A stretch of 63,299 nt of DNA, filler included, from Klebsormidium nitens (lineage: Eukaryota; Plantae; Klebsormidiophyceae), in assembly GCA_000708835.1 (NCBI GenBank). It is 4 parts of 4 records of this genome, joined end to end, with 100 filler letters (N's around TTAATTAATTAA, not from the genome) between each part and the next. Parts side by side here need not be neighbours in the genome. Positions count along the whole stretch, not along the records: positions 1 to 28,942 come from DF237791.1; 3 more parts are not named here. One strand, 5' to 3'. This document shows positions 1 through 12,751 of the stretch, piece by piece (within the stretch, counting starts at the first letter, position 1; every line of letters starts with the position of its first letter). Made by a program: the position numbers and the translations under genes. The notes beneath the pieces were generated by a model. The model saw only the letters and a program-made list of their open reading frames with translations, searched no databases and had not been told where the DNA came from.

Positions 1-134
1 GCCCTATCAGACTCTGAGTCAGAGATGAGCTTGCTGGAGGATGCATGACGAAGACGGTGATTCGGGTGAAGGCGTTGCCTTGACAAGACGCGTTGACCAG
101 ATGCAAGAAGGCGGCCTGCTTGCATTGTATCACC

Positions 135-3100
135 ATGTTGCACGAGCTCCTCCTTGCTCTGGTGGGATGCACTGGGGACGTGTTTGTTGACACGCATAGC
201 GAAGCTCACAAGCTCGGGCGCCCCAACTCCAGCATTCTGGATGAGGCCACCCTGGCTGAGCCGGCAAGCTGCCCCATCAAGCTGGCCCCTGACATTGACT
301 TTGTGTCAGAGTCTGAGAGGTGGGAACAGTGATCTCAAGTAACCTCGTTCAGACAATTTCGAAGTCCTTCATCTCGAAGCAGGTTAATAGCAGCCGTTCT
401 TGATGTATTTTCCTACTTATTGAAGCTCTTTTCGCAGGCAACATGTTGGCTAGACTTCTATTCTGAAACCTGCAAGTGGCGTAACCCACGTGGTTCCAGG
501 GGACTTATTCACATTTCAAAATAGGCCCCACAGAGAACGCAATATTATCACCAGAACTTATTACTACCATTCATCGTTCAAGCCTGTGAACCACCACTGC
601 AGGTCGGTGCTCAACCGCCTGGTCTGGCTGGGCTACTTGTACCGAGAACTTGAATTGTTCTCCAGTCACGAGCAAGGCATAGGGACCGATGCATTGGGGC
701 AGCCAGACAGAGATGGGGGTGGGAGCATGTACCAGCGCGCTCTGGCCACGGGGCTTGCGGAAGTGCTGGCAGTGTACCGCTCTGCAATCCTGCAGCTGGA
801 GCAAGATGCGCTGTCTGAGACGGCGCCGGTGCTGTCCACCGTCACGCAGGCTATGCACCAGGTGAGGGCCCCTGCAGAGAAGGTTGGAAGACCCCAGGAT
901 CATTGATTGGATTTGTCAGAGGTGGCTGCTTGTATGGCATTGGAGAATAATCCCAACAGCTCACCTTCAAGTACTACCGGCATGCTTGTGTGCTGAGAAC
1001 ATAGATCACATTGCCCCCCTTGAAGATTATTTCACCTTCATACCTTTATTGTGTCTGACCTAGGACCTAGCCCTCTTATTCTGGCCCATGCTGACAGAAC
1101 GTGCCCGTGCAGTTTGAGGTGGTTCTTCCCCCTCTGGCCTCCTTGGTGTGGGCCGTCCAGCGGGGCGGTGTGAAGGGGGGCGCGCTGCTGGACCTGCTGT
1201 ACGCCAAGAGCCACTCGGGGGTGCCCCCACTGCAGGCGTGTATGCAGAGGTGAAGCACGACCAGTGCCCCGCACTGCAGTGTTGTGCGTACGTTACGACG
1301 ACTGTCAATAGGTAGTTGACATTGTTAAGTTCTATACCTTGGTGTTCATCAACCATAAGCTGACTGAGTGCAAGGAACTCACTTCCTGGGTTTATAAGAA
1401 AGTTTTTATGATCCTAGGGGGAGGTTTACGCCGCATTGTGAGGAACTGTACTGCTAACTGCATCTCAACAACTGGGACACTTTGATTCCGAGGAGTTCTG
1501 GAGATTGGCGAATCTAACAGGGGACTTTGTTTCGCTCCTTTAGAAAATTAAGGCTCGTAGGTCGCCCTTTCATGTAATCCACCCGTTGATTATGCTTGAA
1601 TATATGCTGTCGTTTGGTCCCCAGGTTGCTGTGGCACTGCCACTGCGTGCTGTACCGCCAGCTGGCAGGCTGGATGGTGCACGGCCTGCTGCACGACCCC
1701 CACGCCGAGTTCTTCGTCGCCAGGTGTGAGAGAGTGGCCCCTGTCGAATATCAATCCATGATTTGGGGAGATGCAAAAGGCTCATAATTCCGAAAAGTGC
1801 ATGGTAAAAGAATTGGAACTGGAGAGCCCCGACATCGCAATTATCTTCGTAGGTCCAGAAAATGCATCTCATCGTTGTACAGAAAAGCCTGTGGCACCTT
1901 CGTTTGACTCGAACATGCTCCTATTGCTGTGCTTTTAGGCACGACAGCGGGCGTGTGCGTCGACGCGAGTCAGTGGACACGACGGGGAAGGCAGGCCAGG
2001 GGCCCCCTCGGGCAGAGGACGACGCCATGCACGACTGGCACTCGGGCTTCACCATTCGTACTGTGAGTCCGTTTCGGTGGCTTACATCAGGCCCTTTGGT
2101 CGGTGTTTGCGTTCGAAAAGTTGCGCACATACGAAAAGGGCGTTTCCAAGGCTGACAGAGTCCTGCTGCTCGACTTTTATCTCCATTTGCAGCGCTTCAT
2201 TTCAGACGTCAGCAAAACATTCCTATTTTGCACATTGTTACAACATTCCTGTTCATGTCCTGCCCGTCGTAGACCATCACTCGCCGGCGCCTGTCAATCA
2301 CTGGTCCGCCTGTGTGTTGCCTGGAACGGATGGAAAGAGAACAGGGACTCCCGGTGGACTCTCCGAGTACCCCCTTTACTAAAACCCCAGCGATCGACTC
2401 AAGGGTGTTCTCAAAAACTTTGACTGTCGATCGTAGAGAGTTATATTCAGGTGGGGAGTCTAAATTCGGCTTGGAAGTCCATGTTCTCCATCCATCCGTT
2501 ATGCCTGCCTGCAGCCCATGCTCCCCTCCTACATCTCCCTCCCGATGGCAGAAGCCATTCTCTTCGTCGGCAAGGCGGTGCGCGTGCTGCGCCACCCGAG
2601 CGTCTCCTTCACCAGCCAGGCCGTACCCCCCCTCCAGGCCGCACCCCCCCTCCTCCTCCGCTCCAGCGGGGGCACTCCCTCCCGGCGCATCGCGTCCCCC
2701 GCCCCCCCTGCCGCGCACTCCCCCTCCAAGCTGCGGCTGCCCAGCGCGGGCTACCAGGGCCCCGAGCTGCTGCCGCAGGCGGAGGCCGACAAGTACGGCG
2801 CGCGCATCCGTGAGCTGCAGGCTGCGCCCGTGTTCCATCGGCCGTCCCTCGAGAAGGTCGTGCACACCGTGCGCGCGGGCGCGGCGCACCACCTCTGGCA
2901 GGTAAGCCGCAGCAGACAGGGAATATTCAAAAGCATAATGGCGCTGGCTCTGTCCGGCGTAGAAGGCTGGCGGCCCACGTCTTCTAGAACCTTTTCAACG
3001 GGCGTGTTTGCGAGCAACAGGCGTCTGGTTGCACATAAGCGAAGGGCAGCAGCCGTCTGTACTGCCCGTTCGGAACATTCCGTAGCTGTCGAAGCAATCT

Positions 3101-6100
3101 GTAGCAAGCCCAGGGGCTTTGATGTTCGATGGGCGTCGAGGCTCAAGTATGAACAGCCGTTGGTTCAAAAGATTCCCCCGGGCCGATTTTCGCACACGCT
3201 TTCTGATGCGCTGCTCTGTGGCAAGTGCGCCCCTTTCTTACCCGCTTGTGATCCTGTGGCGTGTGTCGCAGCTGCTGGTCGTCCATGCTGACGTCCGCGG
3301 CCACCTGCGCGCTCTCAAGGACTACTTCTTGCTGGCCAAGGGCGACTTCCTGCAGTGCTTCCTCGAGGAGAGCCGCGCCCTCATGCGCCTGCCCCCGCGC
3401 CCCACCACCGCCGAGGAGGACCTCCGCGTGCCCTGGCAGCAGGTCGGCGCGTGTCCCGCTTTAAGGGACTTCCTCCATTTGTGCTCCCTATGTCGCATGC
3501 CTTCGGATAGGGGCTTTGCGGGAGTCCTATGACCAACCGACATTTTCTGCACGGCCGCCTCTGGTTTGACTCTGTTGGGTCGTGCAGGCGGCCTCCAAGA
3601 CCATCAACGAGGACGACGTCTACTTCCAGCGGGTCAGCGTCAGGTGAGGGGACCGTGACGCTCATCGCGGCGGAGCCATCTGACCGCCAACCTTACTAGA
3701 CTCTTCTGCTGTTGTCGCTTATCAATATTATGAATTTGAGTTTCTGCTTTTTCTGACTTGGAAGAAGGGCGAGAAGCCTTTTCTCGGGCTTGCTTCGACT
3801 CTTCTTTGCGCACTTTTGCGCAGTGGTCAAGTACAATCAAACACTCTGTGGTGTCGTGTTTTGGAGTGCGTGGATATCTTCCAAGTCGCCAAGTTTTGGC
3901 CATGCCAGGTTGCCAGGCCTTGCTGCTGCCACCGTTGCGGCCGGCACTGCGGGGGCAGGGGCCCTGCGCCGGCTGTCCGGTGCCAGCAGCGTGGGCAGCC
4001 CCGGGCCTGGGGGCGCGGCTGAGGGCGGCGGGACGGGGCCCGACGGCTGGGACGCGCTGGCGCTGCAGTACCACGTGGAGTGGCCGCTGCAGCTGCTGCT
4101 CACGCCCGAGGTGCTCGCCAAGTGAGGCCCGCCGTAAGGGCGCGTACGTTCGAGCGCTTCGTAAAATGAGTGGCGCGGAAAGCGTAGGCCGATATGAACG
4201 CTGTTGAGAGGCACAAGCCTTTTTTGACCGTCCGTAAAACTTGAGGGGGTTCGCCAACTCAGTGCGCAATAATCCGAAGCATTTTGGAATTTGCCGATTC
4301 TATCATATGGCAAAGCGGACCCGTTACTGGACCGAATGCCAAGATCAGTGGCGGAGCTTATGCTTTTCGGATTTGGTGCATACGAAGCCCACCGTTTATC
4401 TCCTTGTTGTTGCACCGGGTGTCTGATTGCCAATTCTCGGTTGCCAGGTACAAGAGCGTGTTCCAGTACCTGGTCCGGCTGAAGCGCGTGCAGCTCGCGC
4501 TCGAGTCCGCGTGGGCCACGGCCATGCAGCGCGACAAGGCCGACACCGCCGCCCTGCTGCGCCCGCACGCGGCGCTCCCGCCCGGCGCGCGGCAGGCGGC
4601 CGCGGACCGGCAGCGCGGCCGGCGCACCATGTGGCGCGTGCGGCAGCACATGAGCTACCTCATCACCAACCTCCAGTTCTACATCCAGGTCAGCACTGCG
4701 GCGAGCGGGCGAGCTTTCGTAGCCGGCGCTTGACAATGGGTTTGTTTGGACTCAAATCTTGGGGTGTACAATGTCTCTCCAGCATAAAGCTCGTGTGAGA
4801 GCGTAACTTTCATCGGTGTGAGAAGCTCTGCCTCATGGAAACGGGAGCAGATCGATCACGGAAATCAATGCGCAATTTTCGCTCGACTGTATGCGGATCA
4901 ATAAGAAGCTGGAGCAAGCTCGCTATTGCATCGGCTTGGGGCTTCTGTTCTGCGCTTGTGGGAGTCTGACGCGTTGTTCCGCTGGCGGCCCAGGTGGACG
5001 TGATTGAGGCGCAGTATGCGGTGCTGCAGGAGCGGATCGAGGCCTCCAAGGATTTTGAGGACCTCGCGCGCTTCCATCAAGAGTCAGCGCCCCGCATCCT
5101 CTTGTGCCAAGTCTCATTTTCCCTGCGGCAGCCTTTGACCGTATGGTGCTGAATTTGACGTGTCTGCACTGAGCAATCCTTCCCGTGCTCGTCACAGTCT
5201 TCAAGCTCAGCTACCTCAAGAATCTGCTTGCTTCGTTTCACTCTCAAGTCAGTAGCAGACTTCAACATTCACTACTTTAAAAAATCAGCGAAAATTTTCT
5301 TTCCAGTTCAGATGACGGGATGACCGATTGTGAATCCACCCCCTGACGCCAACCCCCCCCCCGCCCGCTGTCTGCCGCAGGTACTTGCTGGCGCTGATGT
5401 CGCAGTCGTTCTTGGACGTGGGCAGCATCTGGCGCATCCTGGACGGCATCATGGCGCTCTGCTGGCAGCTTGCCGGCCTGCTCGACCACGATGACGTCAC
5501 CGGCGGCGGGCTGGACGGGATCGCGGAGGAGTTTGCGAAGCGCAGCAACTCGCTGTACACCATCCTGCGCAGCCCCAAGCTGGCGGGCAGCCAGCGCGCG
5601 CCCTTCCTGCGCCAGTTCCTGCTGCGCCTCAACTACAACTCCTTCTTCGAGGTGAGGGCCCCGAGCGACGCTGCGCGGTCCCGTGTGTTGACTCTCCATG
5701 AACAATAGCATGCACGTTACACCGCGCGAAAGGCTACGTTCGAGAATGACATGCCTTGTCTACCCATAAATGATCAACCCTGAGGCCTACTCTGGCGACG
5801 CCCAAGGACTGATGTTGTCGTACAAGAGAAGTAAGTTCACGGCACCGAGGAGTAATCCTCGTGCTTTGGGTATGCCGACAAGGGGGGCAAGGGCCGAGAG
5901 GCTCTGGAACCTGGCGGGAAATCACTTTTGCTCAAATGCACTGATCTGATGCTGATAAACGCGGGTGGTGAAGAGCCTGCCACCAAGCCATGTCTGAAGG
6001 TAGATTTGGGGAATGAAAGTGGCTCGTCGATTTGCTTACAGGCCACTGCTCGAGGAGCGATTGGGCTCCTCCGGCCAAGGACGGCGAGCTTCACAGCTCC

Positions 6101-6110
6101 GCAACGATGA
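135..6110 (+). CDS. GCP4: Gamma-tubulin complex component 4 (multi-exon)
   Basis: ATG at 135 gives MLHELLLALVGCTGDVF. Spliced GC-rich exons encode GRIP-domain motifs (LPSYISLPMAEAILFVGKAVRVL, HLRALKDYFLLAKGDFLQCFLEES, WDALALQYHVEWPLQLLLTPEVL, RQHMSYLITNLQFYIQ, LRQFLLRLNYNSFFE). Last exon 6042-6110 reads ATARGAIGLLRPRTASFTAPQR*. Junctions checked were GT-AG. Confidence 0.93.
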
Positions 6111-7113
6111 GCCGACGTCCACAACGAGCGATCCAAACCTTGAGCCGGCGTCTTGTTGGAAGCCAGGAGCAAAGGCGTGCCGGAAAAGCTGCGGTATAGT
6201 GAACAGAACTTTGGTCGAGATCATATAAACCCTATCGAATAAGTTAGTGCGTCTAGTATCGGTGTGCGTGACAGCCGCGCAGCGCCAGTGGCATAATGTT
6301 CACTTAAGCCAGTCGAATTCAGCACCACCGCTGAAGCATCTTGCCGGCCTCAATGTTATCTTTAATTCTGCCTGCTTGGAATGATGCATTTCAAACCATT
6401 CGATTCTATCAACTTAGCTAGGTGCAAGTAGGATGAAAATGACATTGTGCGCAAGCCTGACGGTTCAGTTCCTTGTGTCCCACCATTGTCAGCGTGCTCA
6501 TGCAGTAGTCATGCATGCAACGAATGCTTGTAACATGCAAATCATGGCTCATTTTGGCATGCGTATAATAGGATGCTACATGCCAGTTCGACCTTGATGC
6601 ACTACGTACTGGCCCACATGCATTATACAATGACAGCTAAAATTTTTCTGATCATTGCATTGCCCTCAGTGTATACGTCACACTGATCGAACGTGTGCCA
6701 GCAACATGTACAGCGCAATGTATACAGAAGGGCCGGCCCCGCCATATGAATTGCCCTAGCTGCGCGCAGCGCCCGGCCCCCGTCCATGTACGTGGTCTCT
6801 TATATAATACGCGTATACGATTTCAAATTTTGGGGGAACTTGTTCATGCGCGTTCAGCTAGGCACATAGGCGGCTGCGCGCGCCGGCGCATGAGGGCACT
6901 ATATAAGCCGTACGGGCACCATCCGGCCATGCATGGTTGATTTGCAATGGTACATTGAATTACCCGGCGTATCCGACTCATGGCAGGAGCTGCTTGGGCA
7001 TGAGCTGCGATCAAGTGCCTTCAGAAAGGCAACTTATCCGCAAACTTGAAACCAAGGCCGCCCGGCCCGAAATGATGCACTGGTCGCCGGCCGTCGGAGC
7101 GGGCCTCCATGGA

Positions 7114-7201
7114 TTAATCAACGGCATCAGAGCTCCTTGTGCGAGCTCTTGCAAGAGCTCGCACAAGGACTCGCACAAGGAGCTCTCATGCCGTTAATTA
7201 A
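7114..7201. repeat. 88-bp zero-spacer palindrome with TTAA at both ends (possible miniature TIR-element remnant)
   Basis: Left arm ttaatcaacggcatcagagctccttgtgcgagctcttg is the reverse complement of the right arm, apart from 2 mismatches and a 12-bp duplication (ctcgcacaagga). Confidence 0.8.
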
Positions 7202-7376
7202 CGTCGAACTCAAATTTGGTTGAAAGCCTGACACCCACGGGCCTTACCCAGTTAATATCTCCAACGAGAAGCATCTGCTTTTCGGAATCCATACAACAAC
7301 GTCACCACATGCCCTATAGTATTCCGCAACACATTGTCTTTCTGGGCAGACTTTACCTTAAACCGTACGGACGTCC

Positions 7377-10300
7377 TCACAAGAAGTACTTGCCAGGCTG
7401 AATGGGCTGGGCGGACTGGCCCGCCACCGCTGCCTCGAGCAATTTTCTGATCTCTTGCCGAGCCTTCTTGACGGAGCTTTCCGTAGGCCCCTCGATGAAC
7501 AAGTACAGCTTCCGATCCGTCGGCCCCGGCTGCTTCCCAGGGGGGAAGTACTGCCCGCGCGTCGTAATGGCGACCCCCGTGAAGTCGCTGATCTGGCCCA
7601 GGTTCTCCTTGTGGGTCGCCTTCCAGCGCGCGTGCTGCGGGAACTCGTTAATCTCCACCTCCGCCTCATACGTGTCCGCACCCCCGACCTGCGCCTGGAT
7701 TTTGGCCAGCGTCTCCTGCAGATTGATAGCCGCCTGTGCCGCCGCCGCGCGGCTTGCATCGTCCGTTGCGCTGGCCATCAGGTTCGCCGTCAGCTGCTGC
7801 AGCGTCTGCGCCGGCTGCTGCCCCACCGGCAGCCCGTGCTGCGCTGCAATTTGCGCCGCCTTGGCCTGCGCCGTTGCGATCGCCATCGCCAGTGCGGGGT
7901 TGCTAGCCGCGGCCGCCAGCGCCTCCGCCGACGGCCCGGCCACGGGCGCCCCCTCAGCGGCCTTGGCGCTCTCTGCGAGCTGCCGCGCGCGCTGTGCGGC
8001 GTCGTCGAGCGTGCCGCTCTTACGAATCACGCCGCCGTCGTCATCCTCCCCGTCGCTGTCGCTCTTCTCCTCCTCGAAGCCGTACTCGCGCGCCTGCTCC
8101 TTGCGCACGCTCTTGCGCGCCTCCTCCTCCTCCGCGTCGAACTTGAAGCCCGACCCGCCGAAGCCGCTCCCGTGCGTCTGCTCCGTCCCCGCCTTCACCT
8201 TGGCCAGGAAGCCGTCCGCGAGCGCCTTGAGGTCCGCGGGCACCGCCGCCTCGCTCAGCTGCAGCGCCTTGACCAGGTCCGGCGCGTACCGCTCCTCGTC
8301 CTCGCTGATGAACGTGATGGCGGTGCCCTTGTTCCCAGCGCGGCCCGTGCGCCCGACGCGGTGCACGTAGTCTTCGTAGTGGTTGGGCACGTCCATGTTG
8401 ACCACCAGCTGCAGGTCCTTGACGTCCAGCCCGCGCGCGGCCACGCTGGTGGCCACCAGCAGGCTGCACACGTCGGCCTTGAAGTCGGCGAGCGTCGACT
8501 CGCGGTCCTCCTGGTCTTTGCCGCCGTGCAGGCTCAGGCACGGGTAGCCCGCCTTGAGCAGCTCGCGGAAGGTCGCGTCCGCCTTCTCCTGGCTGTGCAC
8601 GAACACCAGGATCTTCCCGCGCTCATACCACTCGCCCAGCAGCTCCAGCAGGCGCGGGAAGCGCTGCTCCTCCGGCCGCAGCTCCACGCTCTGCGCAATG
8701 TCCTTGTTCACCACGCTGCGCCCGCCGATCTGCACCTCCACCGCGCGCCCGCTCAGCACCTTGCGCGCCAGCGTCTCCACGCTGCGCGGGAACGTGGCGC
8801 TGAAGAGCACCGTCTGGCGGTCGGGGCGCGTGTTGCCGATGATGCGCGTGATCTGCGGCTCGAAGCCCATGTCGAACATGCGGTCCGCCTCGTCCATCAC
8901 GAAGTACGTCACGCGCCGCAGGTTCGTCACCTTGCCCGTGCACAGGATGTCGATCATGCGCCCCGGCGTGCACACCACGATCTCCGCCCCGCGCTTGAGC
9001 GAGCCGATCTGGTCTGCCACCCCGGACCCCCCGTACACCGCCACCGCGGTCAGCCCGAGGGAGCGCGTGAAGCGGCGGACGTCCGCGTGAATCTGCTGCA
9101 CCAGCTCGCGCGTGGGCGCCATGATCATGGCGATCGGCCCGTCGCCGGGCGCGAGCGGGGGCTGGTCCAGGATGTGGCGCAGCATGGGCAGCACGAACGC
9201 GAGCGTCTTGCCGGAGCCCGTCTTGGCGATGCCGATGAAGTCGCGGCCGCTCATGATGACGGGCAGCGCCTGCGATTGGATGGGCATCGGCCGCTCCCAC
9301 CCCGCCTTGCGGATGCAGTCCAGCACCTTGGCGGACAGGCCCGCCTGCGTCCACGCCTTGAGCGGCTTGGGCACGTCTTTCCCGCGCATCTTGATGTCCC
9401 CCAGCTCGTGGCGGTACTCCGCCACCTCGGCCGCCGTCATGCGCGCCAGCTCCTTCACCTCGATGTAAAAGTCCTTGCGGAAGGGCGGGTAGTCGATCTT
9501 GCTGTGGTCCACCACCCCCATCTTCTCCACCTTGCTCGCGCGCTTCAGCGTCTTCAGCATGTCGTCCTCGTCGTCTGACCCCCCCGCCTCCTCATCCGAC
9601 GCGCCCGACCCCCCCTCGTCCTCGCTGCCCTCGCCCGGCAAGATGCGCCCCAGCTGCGGGGCCGCCTTCTTGGCCTTCCCGCCCCCAACGCCATTGGCTG
9701 CAAACCTGCCCACCGGCCCCTGAGCGCGCAGCATCCCAAATGCGATGCCACCCGCCTTCTTTGGCAGCAAGCCCCCCCGCACCGCCGCTTTCGGGCCGAC
9801 CAGTGGCTTCTCGTCGGCCTCCTCCTCCTCTTCTTTCTTGACTGGCCGCAAGGGGGGCAAGAAGTCTTGCTCTTCTTCTTTCTTGACTGGCTGCAACGGG
9901 GGCAAAAAGTCTGGCTTCTCGTCTAACTCGGGCTCCATCTTAACGTCGGCCCCCTCCTCCTCCTGCTTGGCTGCCCCCTCCGCCTCGCGCTGCTCCAGCT
10001 TCTGCACCTCGGGCAGCACCTCCGCCGCCATGAATGCGTCCAGCGGGTCAACCTCCTCAGCAGCAGCAGCGTCAGATGTGCCTGCAAGAGGGGGAAGGCA
10101 ATCAGACACTGGCAGCAAACAACAAACCGCCCAATCCCTGATGGCCAACTTGATGTAACTTGCAGCACCTCATGCCGCTTGTCAAGAAGACTCCACACTC
10201 AAATTGTATGAAGTAAACAAGAGCTAGCACTAACCACCTTACAATCATTTCGGAAAGAATGACAAAAAGATCACGGAACGTTTTAGAGGCCATGATGGCA

Positions 10301-12093
10301 AAGCAGAAACGAGCCCCGTCCTTGAGTGGGTGGAAACCTATTGCACAGGGTTAGATTGCCAAGGTGAGTCGTGTCACAGCAGCAGCTACTCCCAACAGAC
10401 CCGGAGTGTCCTTTGCATACAAGAAGGCCTTCCTTGAGGGAGCCCTGGCGCTTCTTGCCAATACAACGGGGCAAACGACATGTGTACATGCTCACCTTGC
10501 TGCTTGGCGGTGTCCTCGTCATCGTCTGCCATGCCGTGCAGCTCATCGTCCGAGTCCCCGTCTAGCGTCCACTGCGGCGCCTTCTTGTCCTTGCCTGCCC
10601 CCTCGCCAGCTTCCGCCTCTGCTGGGTCATCCGCCCCGCCCTGCTCACGCCGGCGGGCCTGCAGACAGAAACGCAGCTGGAATTGAGAGGTATGTCGATA
10701 AAACAATCATCCAATGTGGGCTTTCTCCCCCTAAAAGTAATCAGTGGAATTCGAGACCAGGGTCAACTTCATTGCAATAACAGCATCTATATCGAGCCTC
10801 AGGCCTTCTTTTGCTGAAGCTTTCGCCCCCGCATTGCCCAACTTACAACAATAACATCTGCTATCTTGGTTAAGCACGGCATAAGCTGTAAAAGTGCCCA
10901 GCTTTCAGCAGCAGAAACCAGCACAGATACCCTTTTGCAGCCGCCTTAGTACACTAATTCTCAGCCTCTCCAGATTTATCACCAAATTGGTTTCTCCTTG
11001 ATTTAATCAAGCAGGCGCTGCACCGGGCCGTTGTTTCTTGTCGATGGCAAAAATGCCTCACCTGCCATTGCTCCACCCTCTTGCGGCGCTTCTCTGCCTC
11101 GTCCTCTAGCCGCTGCCGCTCCTCGTCCTCTTCTGCCTCCCTACCCCCTTCCTTGCCCGCCTTCAGCTCCGCGAGCCGCTCCTTGATCTTCTCCTGCCGC
11201 CGCCGCTTTCGCTCTGCCTCATCATCGCCCTCATCCCGATCGCCGTCCCGCTTTCTGCTCTCGTGCGGCCTCTCATCCCTGCCCCGGTCCCTGTCCCTGC
11301 CCCGGTCTTTCTCGCGCGCGTCCGGAGTTCGGCGCCGTCGCTCGTCTTCCCTGTCCCGGCCGCGCCCTCGCTCATCGTCGCGGCGCCTTTCGCGCCCACG
11401 ATCCTCTTCCCGCTCGCGCTTCACGTCCCTCTCCCTGCCTCTCTCTTTCTCTCGGTCCTGATTCCTGTCCCTCCCTCGATCTCGATCCCGGTCCCTGTCC
11501 TTCTCTCTGTATCGTTCCGTCTCCTTCTCCTTTCCTCGGCCCCTGTCCAGCTCTTTCTCATCCACCTTCAGCCTCTTCCCCTCGGGCTCCTCCGGTGACG
11601 GCCTCCTTGATCGCTCTTTGTTCTGGCCCCGATCGCCCTCTCTCCCATCGCCCTCCCTCTTCCTGCCATCATCTTCCCGACCTTCCTCTCGTCTGCTCTC
11701 CTTTCTGACGCGGTCATGATCCTTTCGCCGCTCTGTACTCTGCTCCTCTCCCTCCCCTTCCTTTGCACGGTGGTGTCGTTCCCTTCCGTGCTCTTTCCTC
11801 CTCTTGTGATCTGGCGGAGAAGCAGGCACTGCATCAGGATCAGCATACGCCCGGTTTTGCTTCTCTGAGCGGGCCCCATCGCTACGTGCATCAGGGTCAT
11901 GCTTCCTACGCGGTAACCCGTCCAACAAGTCCGCGGCCATGCCCCCACCTCCCTCCTCCCTGCCCCTTACCCCGTTCCTTGCCTCGCTCACACTTTCTCC
12001 GCCACCTCGGCCTGAGACGTGGCGTTCCCTCTCTCTCTTCCTGCGGCTCCTTCCCTCCAACTCATTGTCGTCTCCAGCTCGATCGACCTCCAT
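7377..12093 (-). CDS. DDX46: DEAD-box RNA helicase 42/46 (PRP5/DDX46 ortholog), 3 exons
   Basis: Exons 12093-11062 (RD/RE-rich N-terminus ending KRRKRVEQWQ), 10658-10496 and 10081-7377. Motifs AKTGSGKT, PTREL, DEAD, SAT, HRVGRTGRAG and a C-terminal KH-like EINEFPQHARWKATHK. The start ATG is the most probable one, not proven. Confidence 0.95.
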
Positions 12094-12751
12094 GCTTCTG
12101 CGTCTGGGGGCCTCCTCAGGCTGTGAATTGAAAGTGGAGAAGGCACCTACCAAGCCTAAGGGCCTAAATTTTCTTTCTGACCTCAGCGCGCTTTCTGCTC
12201 GTCGTGCTCGAATGCACAAGAGCAGGCGGGCAATTCTTACAATTCAATGAAGTGTTTCATGCATGAATTTCGGAGGGGAGGCCCAGCCATTACCATCCTC
12301 GGCTGGCCCATTACCACCTCCCTCCAGCAGGTCGTCCACGTCTAGTTCTGTCGGACCAACAAGGTGGCACACTAGCTTTCCAAATTCCATGCCATTGCAG
12401 GGCATTGCAATTTGCAGGCGCTGCAAGCCTGCAATTCTCCATTCGCATTGGCATCAGGGAGGAGCCTACAGGCTACAGTTGTAGCTTTCAACTTCAAGAA
12501 GCAAAGCGGAGGTCTGCTTTGAATGGCAAAGTTGTGATTACACTCCGATTGCTGATATTCCCGCACGAGTGATTGATACCGACAAGTATCAAGGTTGATG
12601 CTTGGAGGATCAACATCTGCTAAGCGCGTTCAGTTACAACAGACCTGTTACAATAGCTCTTTTAATCAGACCTAGAGCACCGCTGGTGGCTGGCTGCTCC
12701 GCTGTCTACTTCCCACAGTGCTGTTCGGTGAGAGCAGCAGCGGCTGCTGCG

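Noticed and set aside
7402-9578. Long + strand ORFs (707 aa and 322 aa)
   Set aside because: Antisense shadows of the GC3-rich DDX46 exon. Similar shadow ORFs overlie GCP4, PLAA and PGM.
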